Under the pieces are notes generated by a model. It did no database searches. It saw only the letters and a list, made by a program, of their open reading frames with translations, and was not told the origin of the DNA. The translations under genes were made by a program, and so were the position numbers. Below, in pieces: positions 9,122 through 17,242 of a stretch of DNA of 51,203 bases; position 1 is the first letter of the stretch; the number at the start of each line of letters is the position of its first letter. The stretch is from assembly GCA_046582565.1 (NCBI GenBank), contig JAYGED010000178.1, forward strand, positions 1 through 51,203, given 5' to 3'. The stretch comes from Alphaproteobacteria bacterium (GTDB taxonomy: Bacteria; Pseudomonadota; Alphaproteobacteria; JAAXGF01).

Positions 9122-10212
9122 TTTCTGTCCTCTCCAGTTGGCCGACGCGGCATCAGTGCCGTGTAATCGAGATCGAGCACCACCGCCGGGTGGTCGGCGC
9201 CGTCGGCGTTTTTATAGGGATAATCGGCGCAAGCGTGGTCCTTGGTGGCGACCGTGCGCAGGCGCAGGGCGCCGATGTCGTCGCGTCCCGGCAGAGGCAT
9301 GGTCTCCAGCACCTCGCTCCAGGCATAGACGGTGTCGCCGGCGAACAGCGGCGCGACGTGGCGGCCGCCGTTTATGGCGATGATGCGGAGGGCGTTGGCC
9401 AGGCCGTTGAAGCTCAGCGAGCGGGCGATGCTGATGACATGGCCGCCATAGACCACGCGGCGGCCGAAGTGGCTTGCCTGGGCGGCGTGGGCGTCGAAAT
9501 GCACCCGCGCGGTGTTCTGATACATCCGCGTCGCCATCATATGCTCGGCCGCCTCGACGGTGGTCCCGTCGATATGATCGATGCGCTCACCGGCTGTGTA
9601 GTCCTCCCACAGGTAGGGCGATCCGGCGGCGGCCAGGTCATAGCCCGCAAGATCGAGTTCACCGGGCAGGACAATACGCTCGAGCGCAACCTTGGCGGGC
9701 AGCTCGGGCACCGACGGCTCGGGTGCCGGCGATGCCGGGTCGCGCTTGGCCACCATCACCCAGCGGATAAACTCGACCAGCACCTCGCCGTGCTGGTTGC
9801 GCCCGGTGGTGCGCACGTAGACCGTGCCGGTCTTGCCGTTGGAGTTCTGTTTGACGCCGATGACCCGGCTGGTGGCGCTGACCGTGTCGCCGGGGTAGGT
9901 CGGCGCCTTGAACAGGCAATCGGCGTAGCCCAGATTAGCGATGGCGTTGAGCGAAATATTGGGCACCGACTTGCCGAACACCACATGGAAGGTCAGCAGG
10001 CTGTCGATCGGCGAGCGCTCGAGCCCGGCGGCGCGGGCGAACTCATCGGACGAGATGAAGGGAAAGCGCGAACCGTAAATGGCGTTATACAGCGCCTGGT
10101 CGCCGAGGGTTATGGTGCGCGGCGTGGCATGGATGATTTCCTGGTCGAGGTGAAAATCCTCGAAGAAGTTACCGCCCCCGGATTTATTAGACATAGGAGA
10201 TTTATTCGACAT
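9118..10212 (-). CDS. mch: Double-MaoC hydratase, mesaconyl-CoA hydratase-like (ethylmalonyl-CoA pathway)
   Basis: GNFFEDF, HATPRT, SLNAIANLGY, YQNTARVHF; lies directly downstream of a CitE-type lyase. Alternative start at 10194. Confidence 0.78.
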   Translation of the reverse strand: MSNKSPMSNKSGGGNFFEDFHLDQEIIHATPRTITLGDQALYNAIYGSRFPFISSDEFARAAGLERSPIDSLLTFHVVFGKSVPNISLNAIANLGYADCLFKAPTYPGDTVSATSRVIGVKQNSNGKTGTVYVRTTGRNQHGEVLVEFIRWVMVAKRDPASPAPEPSVPELPAKVALERIVLPGELDLAGYDLAAAGSPYLWEDYTAGERIDHIDGTTVEAAEHMMATRMYQNTARVHFDAHAAQASHFGRRVVYGGHVISIARSLSFNGLANALRIIAINGGRHVAPLFAGDTVYAWSEVLETMPLPGRDDIGALRLRTVATKDHACADYPYKNADGADHPAVVLDLDYTALMPRRPTGEDRK

Positions 10213-11080
10213 GGCGCGCTGCTATGGCGTCGGCCAGGGCAACCAGACGATGGGCGGCCTCGACATGGAGGTTTTCGATCAGCTTGCCGTCGATCACCAC
10301 GACGCCCTTGCCTTCTTTGGTGGCCTCGCCATGGGCGACGATGATCCGTTTCGACCATTCCACCTCGTCGGCCGAAGGGGCGAACAGCTCATTGGCCACG
10401 GCGATGGTCTTGGGGTGGATCAGGGTCTTGCCGTCGAAGCCGAGCTCCAGCCCCTGGCGGCAGGAATTGGCGAACCCTTCGTCGTCGGCGAGGTCGAGAT
10501 GAACCCCGTCGACGATGGCGACGCCGTGGGCCCGCGCCGCCAGCAGACAGAGGGACAATCCGGTGAGCAGGGGCAGCCGGTCGCGGGTGTGGGCGGCGTG
10601 GAGGTCCTTGGCGAGGTCCGAGGTGCCCATCACCAGACAGGCGACGCGGCCATGGGCGCCGGCCACCTCCTCGGCGTGCAGCATGCCGATGGGGGTCTCC
10701 ATCATGCACCAGATGGTCAGCTCGTCGGGCGCGCCGTTGGCTTCCAGCACGGCGACCGCCTGCTCGACCATATCGGCGCTGCCGACCTTGGGCAGCAGCA
10801 CCGCATGGGCCCCGCTGGCCGCCACCGCCACCAGATCGTCGTTGCCCCAGGAGGACGCCAGCCCGTTGACCCGCACGACCAGTTCGCGCGACCCGTAGCC
10901 GCCCTTGGCGAGGGTTGCGAGCACCTGATCCCGCGCCATCTGTTTGGCGTCGGGGGCGACCGCGTCCTCGAGATCGAGGATCAGCGCATCGGCGGCCAGG
11001 CTGCGGCCCTTCTCAAGCGCCCGGGCGTTGGAGCCCGGCATATAAAGCACGCTGCGGCGAGGTCGTATGGTTGAGGGCAT
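10202..11080 (-). CDS. HpcH/CitE-family CoA-ester lyase (malyl-CoA lyase/thioesterase-like)
   Basis: RPRRSVLYMPG, DLEDAV, GTSDL, GFDGKTLIHP, GKLIENLH. Confidence 0.88.
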   Translation of the reverse strand: MPSTIRPRRSVLYMPGSNARALEKGRSLAADALILDLEDAVAPDAKQMARDQVLATLAKGGYGSRELVVRVNGLASSWGNDDLVAVAASGAHAVLLPKVGSADMVEQAVAVLEANGAPDELTIWCMMETPIGMLHAEEVAGAHGRVACLVMGTSDLAKDLHAAHTRDRLPLLTGLSLCLLAARAHGVAIVDGVHLDLADDEGFANSCRQGLELGFDGKTLIHPKTIAVANELFAPSADEVEWSKRIIVAHGEATKEGKGVVVIDGKLIENLHVEAAHRLVALADAIAARHVE

Positions 11081-11106
11081 TGATAAATCCTATGGCTATC
11101 GCTTGG

Positions 11107-11126
11107 TGATTATGTGTACATAATCA
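11107..11126. promoter_or_regulatory. Palindromic operator candidate TGATTATGT-gt-ACATAATCA
   Basis: Perfect 9-bp inverted arms in the divergent intergenic region between the lyase and the DUF1989 operon. Confidence 0.6.
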
Positions 11127-11165
11127 ATTTCCGCATCATAGAGGCGACATTAAGGACATCGCAAC

Positions 11166-11774
11166 ATGGCTGAGAGCGAGCTCATCACCGTCCCGGCGCG
11201 GCGCGGCAAGGCGGTGCGGCTGAATAAGGGGCAATCCATCCGGGTCATCAACACTCACGGCGAACAGGTGGTCGATACCTGGGCCTTCGTTGCTGACGAC
11301 CTCTATGAATTCATGTCCATGGAGCATTGGCGGCCGACCGTGCAGCGGATCATTCCCGAGGTCGGCGACGGCCTGGTGACCAACAAGCGCCGCCCCATCC
11401 TGACCCTCACCGAGGATACCTCCTCGGGCATCCACGACACCCTCATGGCGGCCTGCGATTCATATCGCTACGGGCTGCTCGGCTGCACCGAGTATCACGA
11501 CAACTGCACCGACAATCTGATCGCCGCCATGCGCCAGATCGGCCTGACCCCGCCGGAGGTGCCGTGCCCGCTGAATTTGTTCATGAACATCCCGGTGCTC
11601 GACGGCCGCCGTCTGGAATTCAGCGCGCCCGAGAACAAGCCCGGTGATTACGTCACCCTGCGCGCCGAGATGGATTGCATCATGGCCTTCTCGACCTGCC
11701 CGCAGGATATCCTGCCGATCAACGGCAAGGCCTGCATCGTCACCGAGGTTCATTTCGAGATAACCGGCCCCTGA
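11166..11774 (+). CDS. Urea carboxylase-associated/DUF1989 family protein
   Basis: GEQVVDTW, HDTLMAAC, HDNC.DN, PLNLFMN, STCPQD. Confidence 0.88.
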   Translation: MAESELITVPARRGKAVRLNKGQSIRVINTHGEQVVDTWAFVADDLYEFMSMEHWRPTVQRIIPEVGDGLVTNKRRPILTLTEDTSSGIHDTLMAACDSYRYGLLGCTEYHDNCTDNLIAAMRQIGLTPPEVPCPLNLFMNIPVLDGRRLEFSAPENKPGDYVTLRAEMDCIMAFSTCPQDILPINGKACIVTEVHFEITGP

Positions 11775-12571
11775 TGCATGACGGCGAGGACATCGAGCGG
11801 GCCGCCTTGGCGAGCCTGCATGCGGCGGCCCCGGATGATTTGGTCGCCGCCCTCGGCTTGCGCGCGGTGACCATCGGCGCGGGCCTGGTGTCGGTGGCCG
11901 CCGCCCTGCCGCCCACAGCTATCGTCATCAACCGGGCGGTGGGCTGTCGGCGCCGGAGACGGAAGCGTCGGTCAAACAGACCTTAGCGGCCTACCGGGGA
12001 CGCCGGCATGGCTTGCTACTTCATCCAGCGCCACCCCGAGGCCGAACCGGCGGAGATGGTCGGCTGGCTGCTCGATGCCGGGCTTGAAAAGGCTCGGGGC
12101 TGGCAGAAATTCCAGCGCGGGCGGGAGGCGCCGCCGCACTCAACCAGCGATCTCAGGGTCGAAGAAATCGGCCCGGACCACGGGGACGCCTTCGCCAGCA
12201 TCCTTTGCGCCGCTTTCGACCTCGGCGATCTGGCCGAGCCCTGGCTGGCGAAACTGCCGGGTCATGCGGGCTGGCACGTCTTTATGTGTTTCGACGGCGA
12301 TCAGCCCGCCGGTACGGCAACCCTGTTCGTGAAGGACGGCCTCGCCTGGTTCGATTTCGCCGCGACCGCGCCTGCGTTCCGGCGGCGTGGAAGCCAGGGC
12401 GCGTTGCTGGCAGCGCGCATCAAGGCGGCCCTCGATCACGGTTGCCACGCCATGTTCACCTGCACCGGCGAGGAAGTCCCCGGCGACCCGCAGCATTCCT
12501 TCAAGAACATTCTCAAGGCGGGCTTCACGGAGGCCTACGTGCGCGAGAACTACGCCCCGCCGAAGGTTTGA
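11774..12571 (+). pseudogene. GNAT-family acetyltransferase interrupted by two compensating indels and a stop
   Basis: MHDGEDIERAAL...INRAVG, then LSAPETEASVKQTLAAYR in a shifted frame, then DAGMACY...FRRRGSQ...SFKNILKAGF. TAG at 11984-11986 lies in the main frame. Confidence 0.75.
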
Positions 12572-13752
12572 TGCACCCGAAAAACACCATGAAAGCGGAT
12601 ATCGTCATCATCGGTGGCGGTATCGTCGGCTCGGCAATCGCTTATTTCCTGGCGCGCGGCGGGCGGGCCGGCAGGGTCGTGGTCATCGAGCCGGACCCGA
12701 GCTATGAATTCTCCGCCACACCGGCGTCCAACGGCGGCATCCGTCAGCTTTTTAGCCTGCCCGAGAACATCCTCATGGCCCGCTACGGGCTGGATTTCTT
12801 CAGCAATTTTCACCAGACCATGGCGATCGACAGCGAGGCGGCGGATATCGGCTTCAAGCGCCGGGGCTATCTGTTCATCTCCGACCGTGGCGATCATGCC
12901 CAGATGGAAACCAATCATCGCCTGCAGGACTCTCTCGGCGCGCGGGTCGATCTGTTGGACAGGGACGGGCTCAAAGCGCGCTTCCCATCGCTCAATGGGG
13001 ATGATGTGGCGCTGGCCGTCCATTCGCCGGACGACGCCTGGATCAACCCGCAGGCGGCTCTCATGGGATTTCGCGCCAAGGCGCGCGCCCTGGGGGTCGA
13101 TTATATTGAGGACCGGGTCACCGAGTGGTGGGCCGAAGGCGGATTGGCGCGCGGCGTGGCGTGCAAATCGGGAGCGACAATTGCGGCGGACAGCTTCGTG
13201 CTCGCCGCCGGCGCCTGGTCGGCCGAAATCGGCGCCCTGATCGGCCTCGCCCTGCCTGTCGAAGCCATGTGCCGTGAGTCCCACTATTTTGTCACCAGCA
13301 ACGACATCGAGCCCCTGCCGTTCATCAAGACCGAAAGCCATATCGCATTCGGGCCGGAGGGCGAAGGCTTCTCCGGCGGCCTGCCCGATTGGGACCAGCC
13401 GGCGGGCTTTCATCTCGGCGTGCATCCGAGCCGGTTCGAGGACCTGGTCTGGCCGATGCTGGCCCATCGCATACCAAAGCTTGAGACCCTCAAACTGCGG
13501 CGCAGCTGGGTCGGTCATTACGCCCGCAACGCCCTCGACCTCACCGCCATCGTCGGGCGCTGGGAAGGCGGCTGTGAAAATGTCTATATGGCCTGCGGCT
13601 ATTCCGGCCACGGCATCATGCACGCCCCGGCGAGCGGCCTCGCCCTGGCCGAACTGATCCTGGACGGCGGCTATCAGAGCCTCGACATCTCGGCCTTCGG
13701 CTACGGCCGCATCGCCGCGGGCAAGCCCTATCGCGAGCAGGGCATAATCTAG
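12571..13752 (+). CDS. FAD-dependent oxidoreductase (DAO/sarcosine oxidase beta/FOXRED1-like)
   Basis: IVIIGGGIVG, GGIRQLFS, GYSGHGIMHAPA. ATG at 12571 overlaps the upstream TGA. Confidence 0.9.
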   Translation: MHPKNTMKADIVIIGGGIVGSAIAYFLARGGRAGRVVVIEPDPSYEFSATPASNGGIRQLFSLPENILMARYGLDFFSNFHQTMAIDSEAADIGFKRRGYLFISDRGDHAQMETNHRLQDSLGARVDLLDRDGLKARFPSLNGDDVALAVHSPDDAWINPQAALMGFRAKARALGVDYIEDRVTEWWAEGGLARGVACKSGATIAADSFVLAAGAWSAEIGALIGLALPVEAMCRESHYFVTSNDIEPLPFIKTESHIAFGPEGEGFSGGLPDWDQPAGFHLGVHPSRFEDLVWPMLAHRIPKLETLKLRRSWVGHYARNALDLTAIVGRWEGGCENVYMACGYSGHGIMHAPASGLALAELILDGGYQSLDISAFGYGRIAAGKPYREQGII

Positions 13753-15110
13753 GGAGCGGGCGTTTCCGCAAGGGTCCAGACGCCGATTTTTCCCCGGCGG
13801 CCGCGCACCTCTTGGGGTCCGGCGTCGGATAGTTTTTCCAGCAGGGCAGCGCTGTCGGCGTCTTCCCGGCGCACCGCCTGTATCAAGTCTTCACTGACCG
13901 TCAGCGGCGTCCCCAGGCTGCGGGTCAGATGCTCGACCCGGCTCGCCACATTCACCGTATCGCCGATGACCGCGAATTCCAGCCGGCGCTCGTCGCCGAT
14001 GTCGCCGACCACCGTGACCCCGTAATGCACCCCGACACCCACCGAGACTGACGACTCGCCCGCGGCAATCCGCTGCCGTTTCCAGTCAGCCAGGGCCTCG
14101 ACCATATCGAGGGCGCAAGCCAGGGCGTTGGTGGCGTCGTGGGGGCCGGTGCGCGGCGTGCCGAAGGTCGCCATCAGGCCGTCGCCGATATATTTGTCCA
14201 GGGTGCCGCCATGGCGGAACACCACATCCGCCAGCAGGCTGTGATAGTCACGCAGCAGGGCCGCCACCTTGGGCGCCGGTTCGGTTTCGCACAGGCTGGT
14301 GAAGCCGATGATGTCGGCGAACAGCACGGCGACGTCCTGATCGTGGGCGGCGGTGCCGATGCCGCCCGCCGAGGTTATCTCGTCGACCACGTTGGGCGAG
14401 AAATAGCGCGCCAGCTTGGAGCGCGCCCGCTCGGCCTGGGATCGGCTTTCCACACATCGGCGGGTGCGGATGACGATAACGGCGAGGCCGATTGCGGTCA
14501 GGATGATAGCCAATATTTCGTTTATCCGATCCCCGAGGAAGACAAAATTCGGATCGAAATATATGGCCTGTAATTCCTCCATCGTCGTCCCGCCGCTCTC
14601 AAAGCCGGAGTAGATGCCGGACAGGCTCAAGACCCAAAACAGGGATCCGAGCCGGGCGAGGACAATGCAGAATCCGCACCACAGCACCAGAGCCGGGCGA
14701 AAGCTGAAGGTGGCCTGCATGAGCAGTATGAAATACCAGACGAAGGCGCTGCCGCGCAGAACCACGGCCGGTGTAAAGCCTTCGGGTTCGAACGGATTGG
14801 GCGCGATGAAGATGATGGTCAGGACTGCAACATCGCCGACTACCCATACAAAAGGCGCCCATGGGGGATTGAGCCCACGCCTGATGAAATGGAATTGCGC
14901 CACGCCCAACAACAACATAAGCGTGACCTCGCCGAGCACATAGAAATAGGCCGGCCCGGTTAGCGGGTTGTCGAGGATTTGCCAGGCGAGGATCACGAGC
15001 AGCGCCCAGGACCGCACTTTGGCGGCGAACATCAGCCCCTGGCGTTCCTCCTCGATGAAAGCTCCGCGCAGGCGGACGAGCAGCCTGGCCGCACCCGCCC
15101 CGTCTCTCAT
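13749..15110 (-). CDS. Membrane-anchored class III adenylate/guanylate cyclase
   Basis: Multi-TM N-half; LFADIIGFT, DKYIGDG, IGDTVNVASR. Confidence 0.93.
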   Translation of the reverse strand: MRDGAGAARLLVRLRGAFIEEERQGLMFAAKVRSWALLVILAWQILDNPLTGPAYFYVLGEVTLMLLLGVAQFHFIRRGLNPPWAPFVWVVGDVAVLTIIFIAPNPFEPEGFTPAVVLRGSAFVWYFILLMQATFSFRPALVLWCGFCIVLARLGSLFWVLSLSGIYSGFESGGTTMEELQAIYFDPNFVFLGDRINEILAIILTAIGLAVIVIRTRRCVESRSQAERARSKLARYFSPNVVDEITSAGGIGTAAHDQDVAVLFADIIGFTSLCETEPAPKVAALLRDYHSLLADVVFRHGGTLDKYIGDGLMATFGTPRTGPHDATNALACALDMVEALADWKRQRIAAGESSVSVGVGVHYGVTVVGDIGDERRLEFAVIGDTVNVASRVEHLTRSLGTPLTVSEDLIQAVRREDADSAALLEKLSDAGPQEVRGRRGKIGVWTLAETPAP

Positions 15111-15565
15111 CGCTTATTCCGGAAGAACGCTTTCAGCATCTCAGACGACTCGCGCTCCCGGATGCCGCCATAGACCTCCGGTTTATGGTGGCAGCTAGGC
15201 TGGTTGAAGATGCGCGGGCCGTGCTCGACGCCGCCACCCTTGGGGTCGGGGGCGGCGAAATAGAGCCGGCGGATGCGGAAAAAAGAGATTGCCTGGGCGC
15301 ACATGGGGCAGGGCTCCAGGGTGACATAGAGATCGCAATCGGTCAGCCGGGCTATGCCGAGGCGCTTGGCCGCGGCGCGCAGGGCGAGCAATTCGGCGTG
15401 GGCCGAGGGATCCTTGTCCGCCTCGCATTGATTGCCGGCGGCGGCCAGGGTCTCGCCGCTCACCCCGTCGATGACCACGGCGCCGACTGGAACCTCGCCG
15501 CGCAGGCCCGCCGCGCGTGCCTGTTCCAGGGCCAACTCCATGGTCGATTGTGCTTGCTCCCCCAT
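15107..15565 (-). CDS. tadA: tRNA adenosine(34) deaminase
   Basis: GEVPVGAV, HAE, TLEPCPMC. Confidence 0.92.
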   Translation of the reverse strand: MGEQAQSTMELALEQARAAGLRGEVPVGAVVIDGVSGETLAAAGNQCEADKDPSAHAELLALRAAAKRLGIARLTDCDLYVTLEPCPMCAQAISFFRIRRLYFAAPDPKGGGVEHGPRIFNQPSCHHKPEVYGGIRERESSEMLKAFFRNKR

Positions 15566-15723
15566 GGCGGCACCATCGCGGCGCGGGCCAGCGGCGTCAA
15601 GCGGTCTGGTTTTTCGCAGTTGCAGTATAAAAAATTTCAGGCATTCACGGCCTTGTGGCGGCTACACCCATGCGATATATTGCGCCGCACAATTTTTTTC
15701 ATAATTCCCAATTAGGTTTCACG

Positions 15724-16197
15724 ATGTCAGAAAAACAAGCCGACTCGATTACGCCGATGTTCGATGTCGCCGAACTCGAAGGTTACGCCATGGAAGAACT
15801 CGACGTCGGCATGTCCGCGATCTATTCCAAGACTGTCACCGAATCCGACATCAATCTGTTCTGCGCCATATCGGGCGACACCAATCCGCTCCATCTCGAC
15901 CATGAATACGCCGCCACCACCATGTTCGGCGGCCCGATCGCCCATGGCATGCTGGCGGCGAGCTTCATCTCGACCGTCATCGGCACCAAGCTGCCGGGGC
16001 CGGGCTGCGTCTATATCAGCCAGAACTGCCGTTTCAAGGCGCCGGTGCGCGCCGGCGATACGGTGCGCGCGCGGGTGACGATTGTCGAGATCGACAGGAA
16101 ACGCCGGCGGGTCAAGCTCGACACCGTCTGCACCGTCGGCGATACGGTGGTGATTGACGGTGACGCCAAGGTTCTGGTGCCGCCGCGCGGTTCGTGA
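15724..16197 (+). CDS. MaoC-family (R)-specific enoyl-CoA hydratase (PhaJ-like)
   Basis: SGDTNPLH, AHGML, LPGPG, F.APV..GD. Confidence 0.88.
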   Translation: MSEKQADSITPMFDVAELEGYAMEELDVGMSAIYSKTVTESDINLFCAISGDTNPLHLDHEYAATTMFGGPIAHGMLAASFISTVIGTKLPGPGCVYISQNCRFKAPVRAGDTVRARVTIVEIDRKRRRVKLDTVCTVGDTVVIDGDAKVLVPPRGS

Positions 16198-16257
16198 TTG
16201 TGGCCGGCTGTTCAGTCATGGTGGTAAAAACCCCCCAATTGCGGTAAACGCGCGGCT

Positions 16258-17208
16258 ATGCGCATTTTTCGACATTACGATCGGATTCCCCCCGAGGCGC
16301 GCGGCGCCGTGGTTGCGCTGGGAAATTTCGACGGCCTGCATAACGGCCATCTCGGGGTTATTGCCGAGGCCGGTAGGATCGCTGAGCAACGCTCGGCTCC
16401 CTTGGCCGTGCTCACCTTCGAGCCTCATCCGCGGCATTATTTTCAACCCTCCACGGTGCCGTTCCGCCTGACTCCGTTTCGCGCCAAGATGCGATTGCTC
16501 GAGGAGGTCGGCGTCGATTCCGTCTTCAACCTGCGCTTCAGCGCCGCCCTGGCCGGGCAGGCGGCTGAGGATTTTATCGCAAATGTCCTGGTGGGCGGCC
16601 TCGGTATCAGCCATCTCGTGGTCGGCCCCGGTTTCGTTTTCGGCAAGGGCCGGGGCGGTGATGCAGCGCTGCTGCATCGGGCGGCCGAGAGCGCGGGCTT
16701 CGGCTTCACCGAAGTCGCGGCGGTACAGGATGCCGCCGATGGCCGGATGTTCGCCTCGACCGACATTCGCGTGCTGATCCGGCGCGGCCAGGTCGATCTG
16801 GCGGCCCGGGCCTTGGGGCGGATTTGGGAAATCGAGGCGCGCGTACAGCACGGCGACGCTCGCGGCGATGCCCTGGGCTTTCCGACCGCCAACATGCCGC
16901 TCGAGGGCGTCCTCCATCCCGGCCCCGGCATCTATGCGGTGCGCGTGGGCATGACTCATCAGGGCGAGACCCGGTGGCACGACGCAGCCGCCTATATCGG
17001 CACGCGCCCGACTTTCGCCGGCGAAACCATGCTGCTTGAAGTTTACCTGTTCGATTATTCGGGCGATCTTTATGATCGGCGCCTGCGTGTTGCCTTCGTC
17101 GGACTGGTGCGTAAGGATCAGACCTTCGACAGCCCGGAGACTCTGAAAGAACAGATGACTGTCGACTGCGAACGCGCCCGCGAACTTCTCGATCAAGCCA
17201 GCCAATAA
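16258..17208 (+). CDS. ribF: Riboflavin kinase/FAD synthetase
   Basis: GNFDGLHNGH, GFPTAN, G.RPTF; upstream of ileS. Confidence 0.96.
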   Translation: MRIFRHYDRIPPEARGAVVALGNFDGLHNGHLGVIAEAGRIAEQRSAPLAVLTFEPHPRHYFQPSTVPFRLTPFRAKMRLLEEVGVDSVFNLRFSAALAGQAAEDFIANVLVGGLGISHLVVGPGFVFGKGRGGDAALLHRAAESAGFGFTEVAAVQDAADGRMFASTDIRVLIRRGQVDLAARALGRIWEIEARVQHGDARGDALGFPTANMPLEGVLHPGPGIYAVRVGMTHQGETRWHDAAAYIGTRPTFAGETMLLEVYLFDYSGDLYDRRLRVAFVGLVRKDQTFDSPETLKEQMTVDCERARELLDQASQ

Positions 17209-17242
17209 AAATCCCGCCAATAAAAGTCCTGAAAGTTTATCT

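Noticed and set aside
12205-12570. N-terminal 122-aa extension of the flavoprotein ORF
   Set aside because: Overlaps the GNAT in another frame; the real start is at 12571 (or 12589), before the Rossmann motif.
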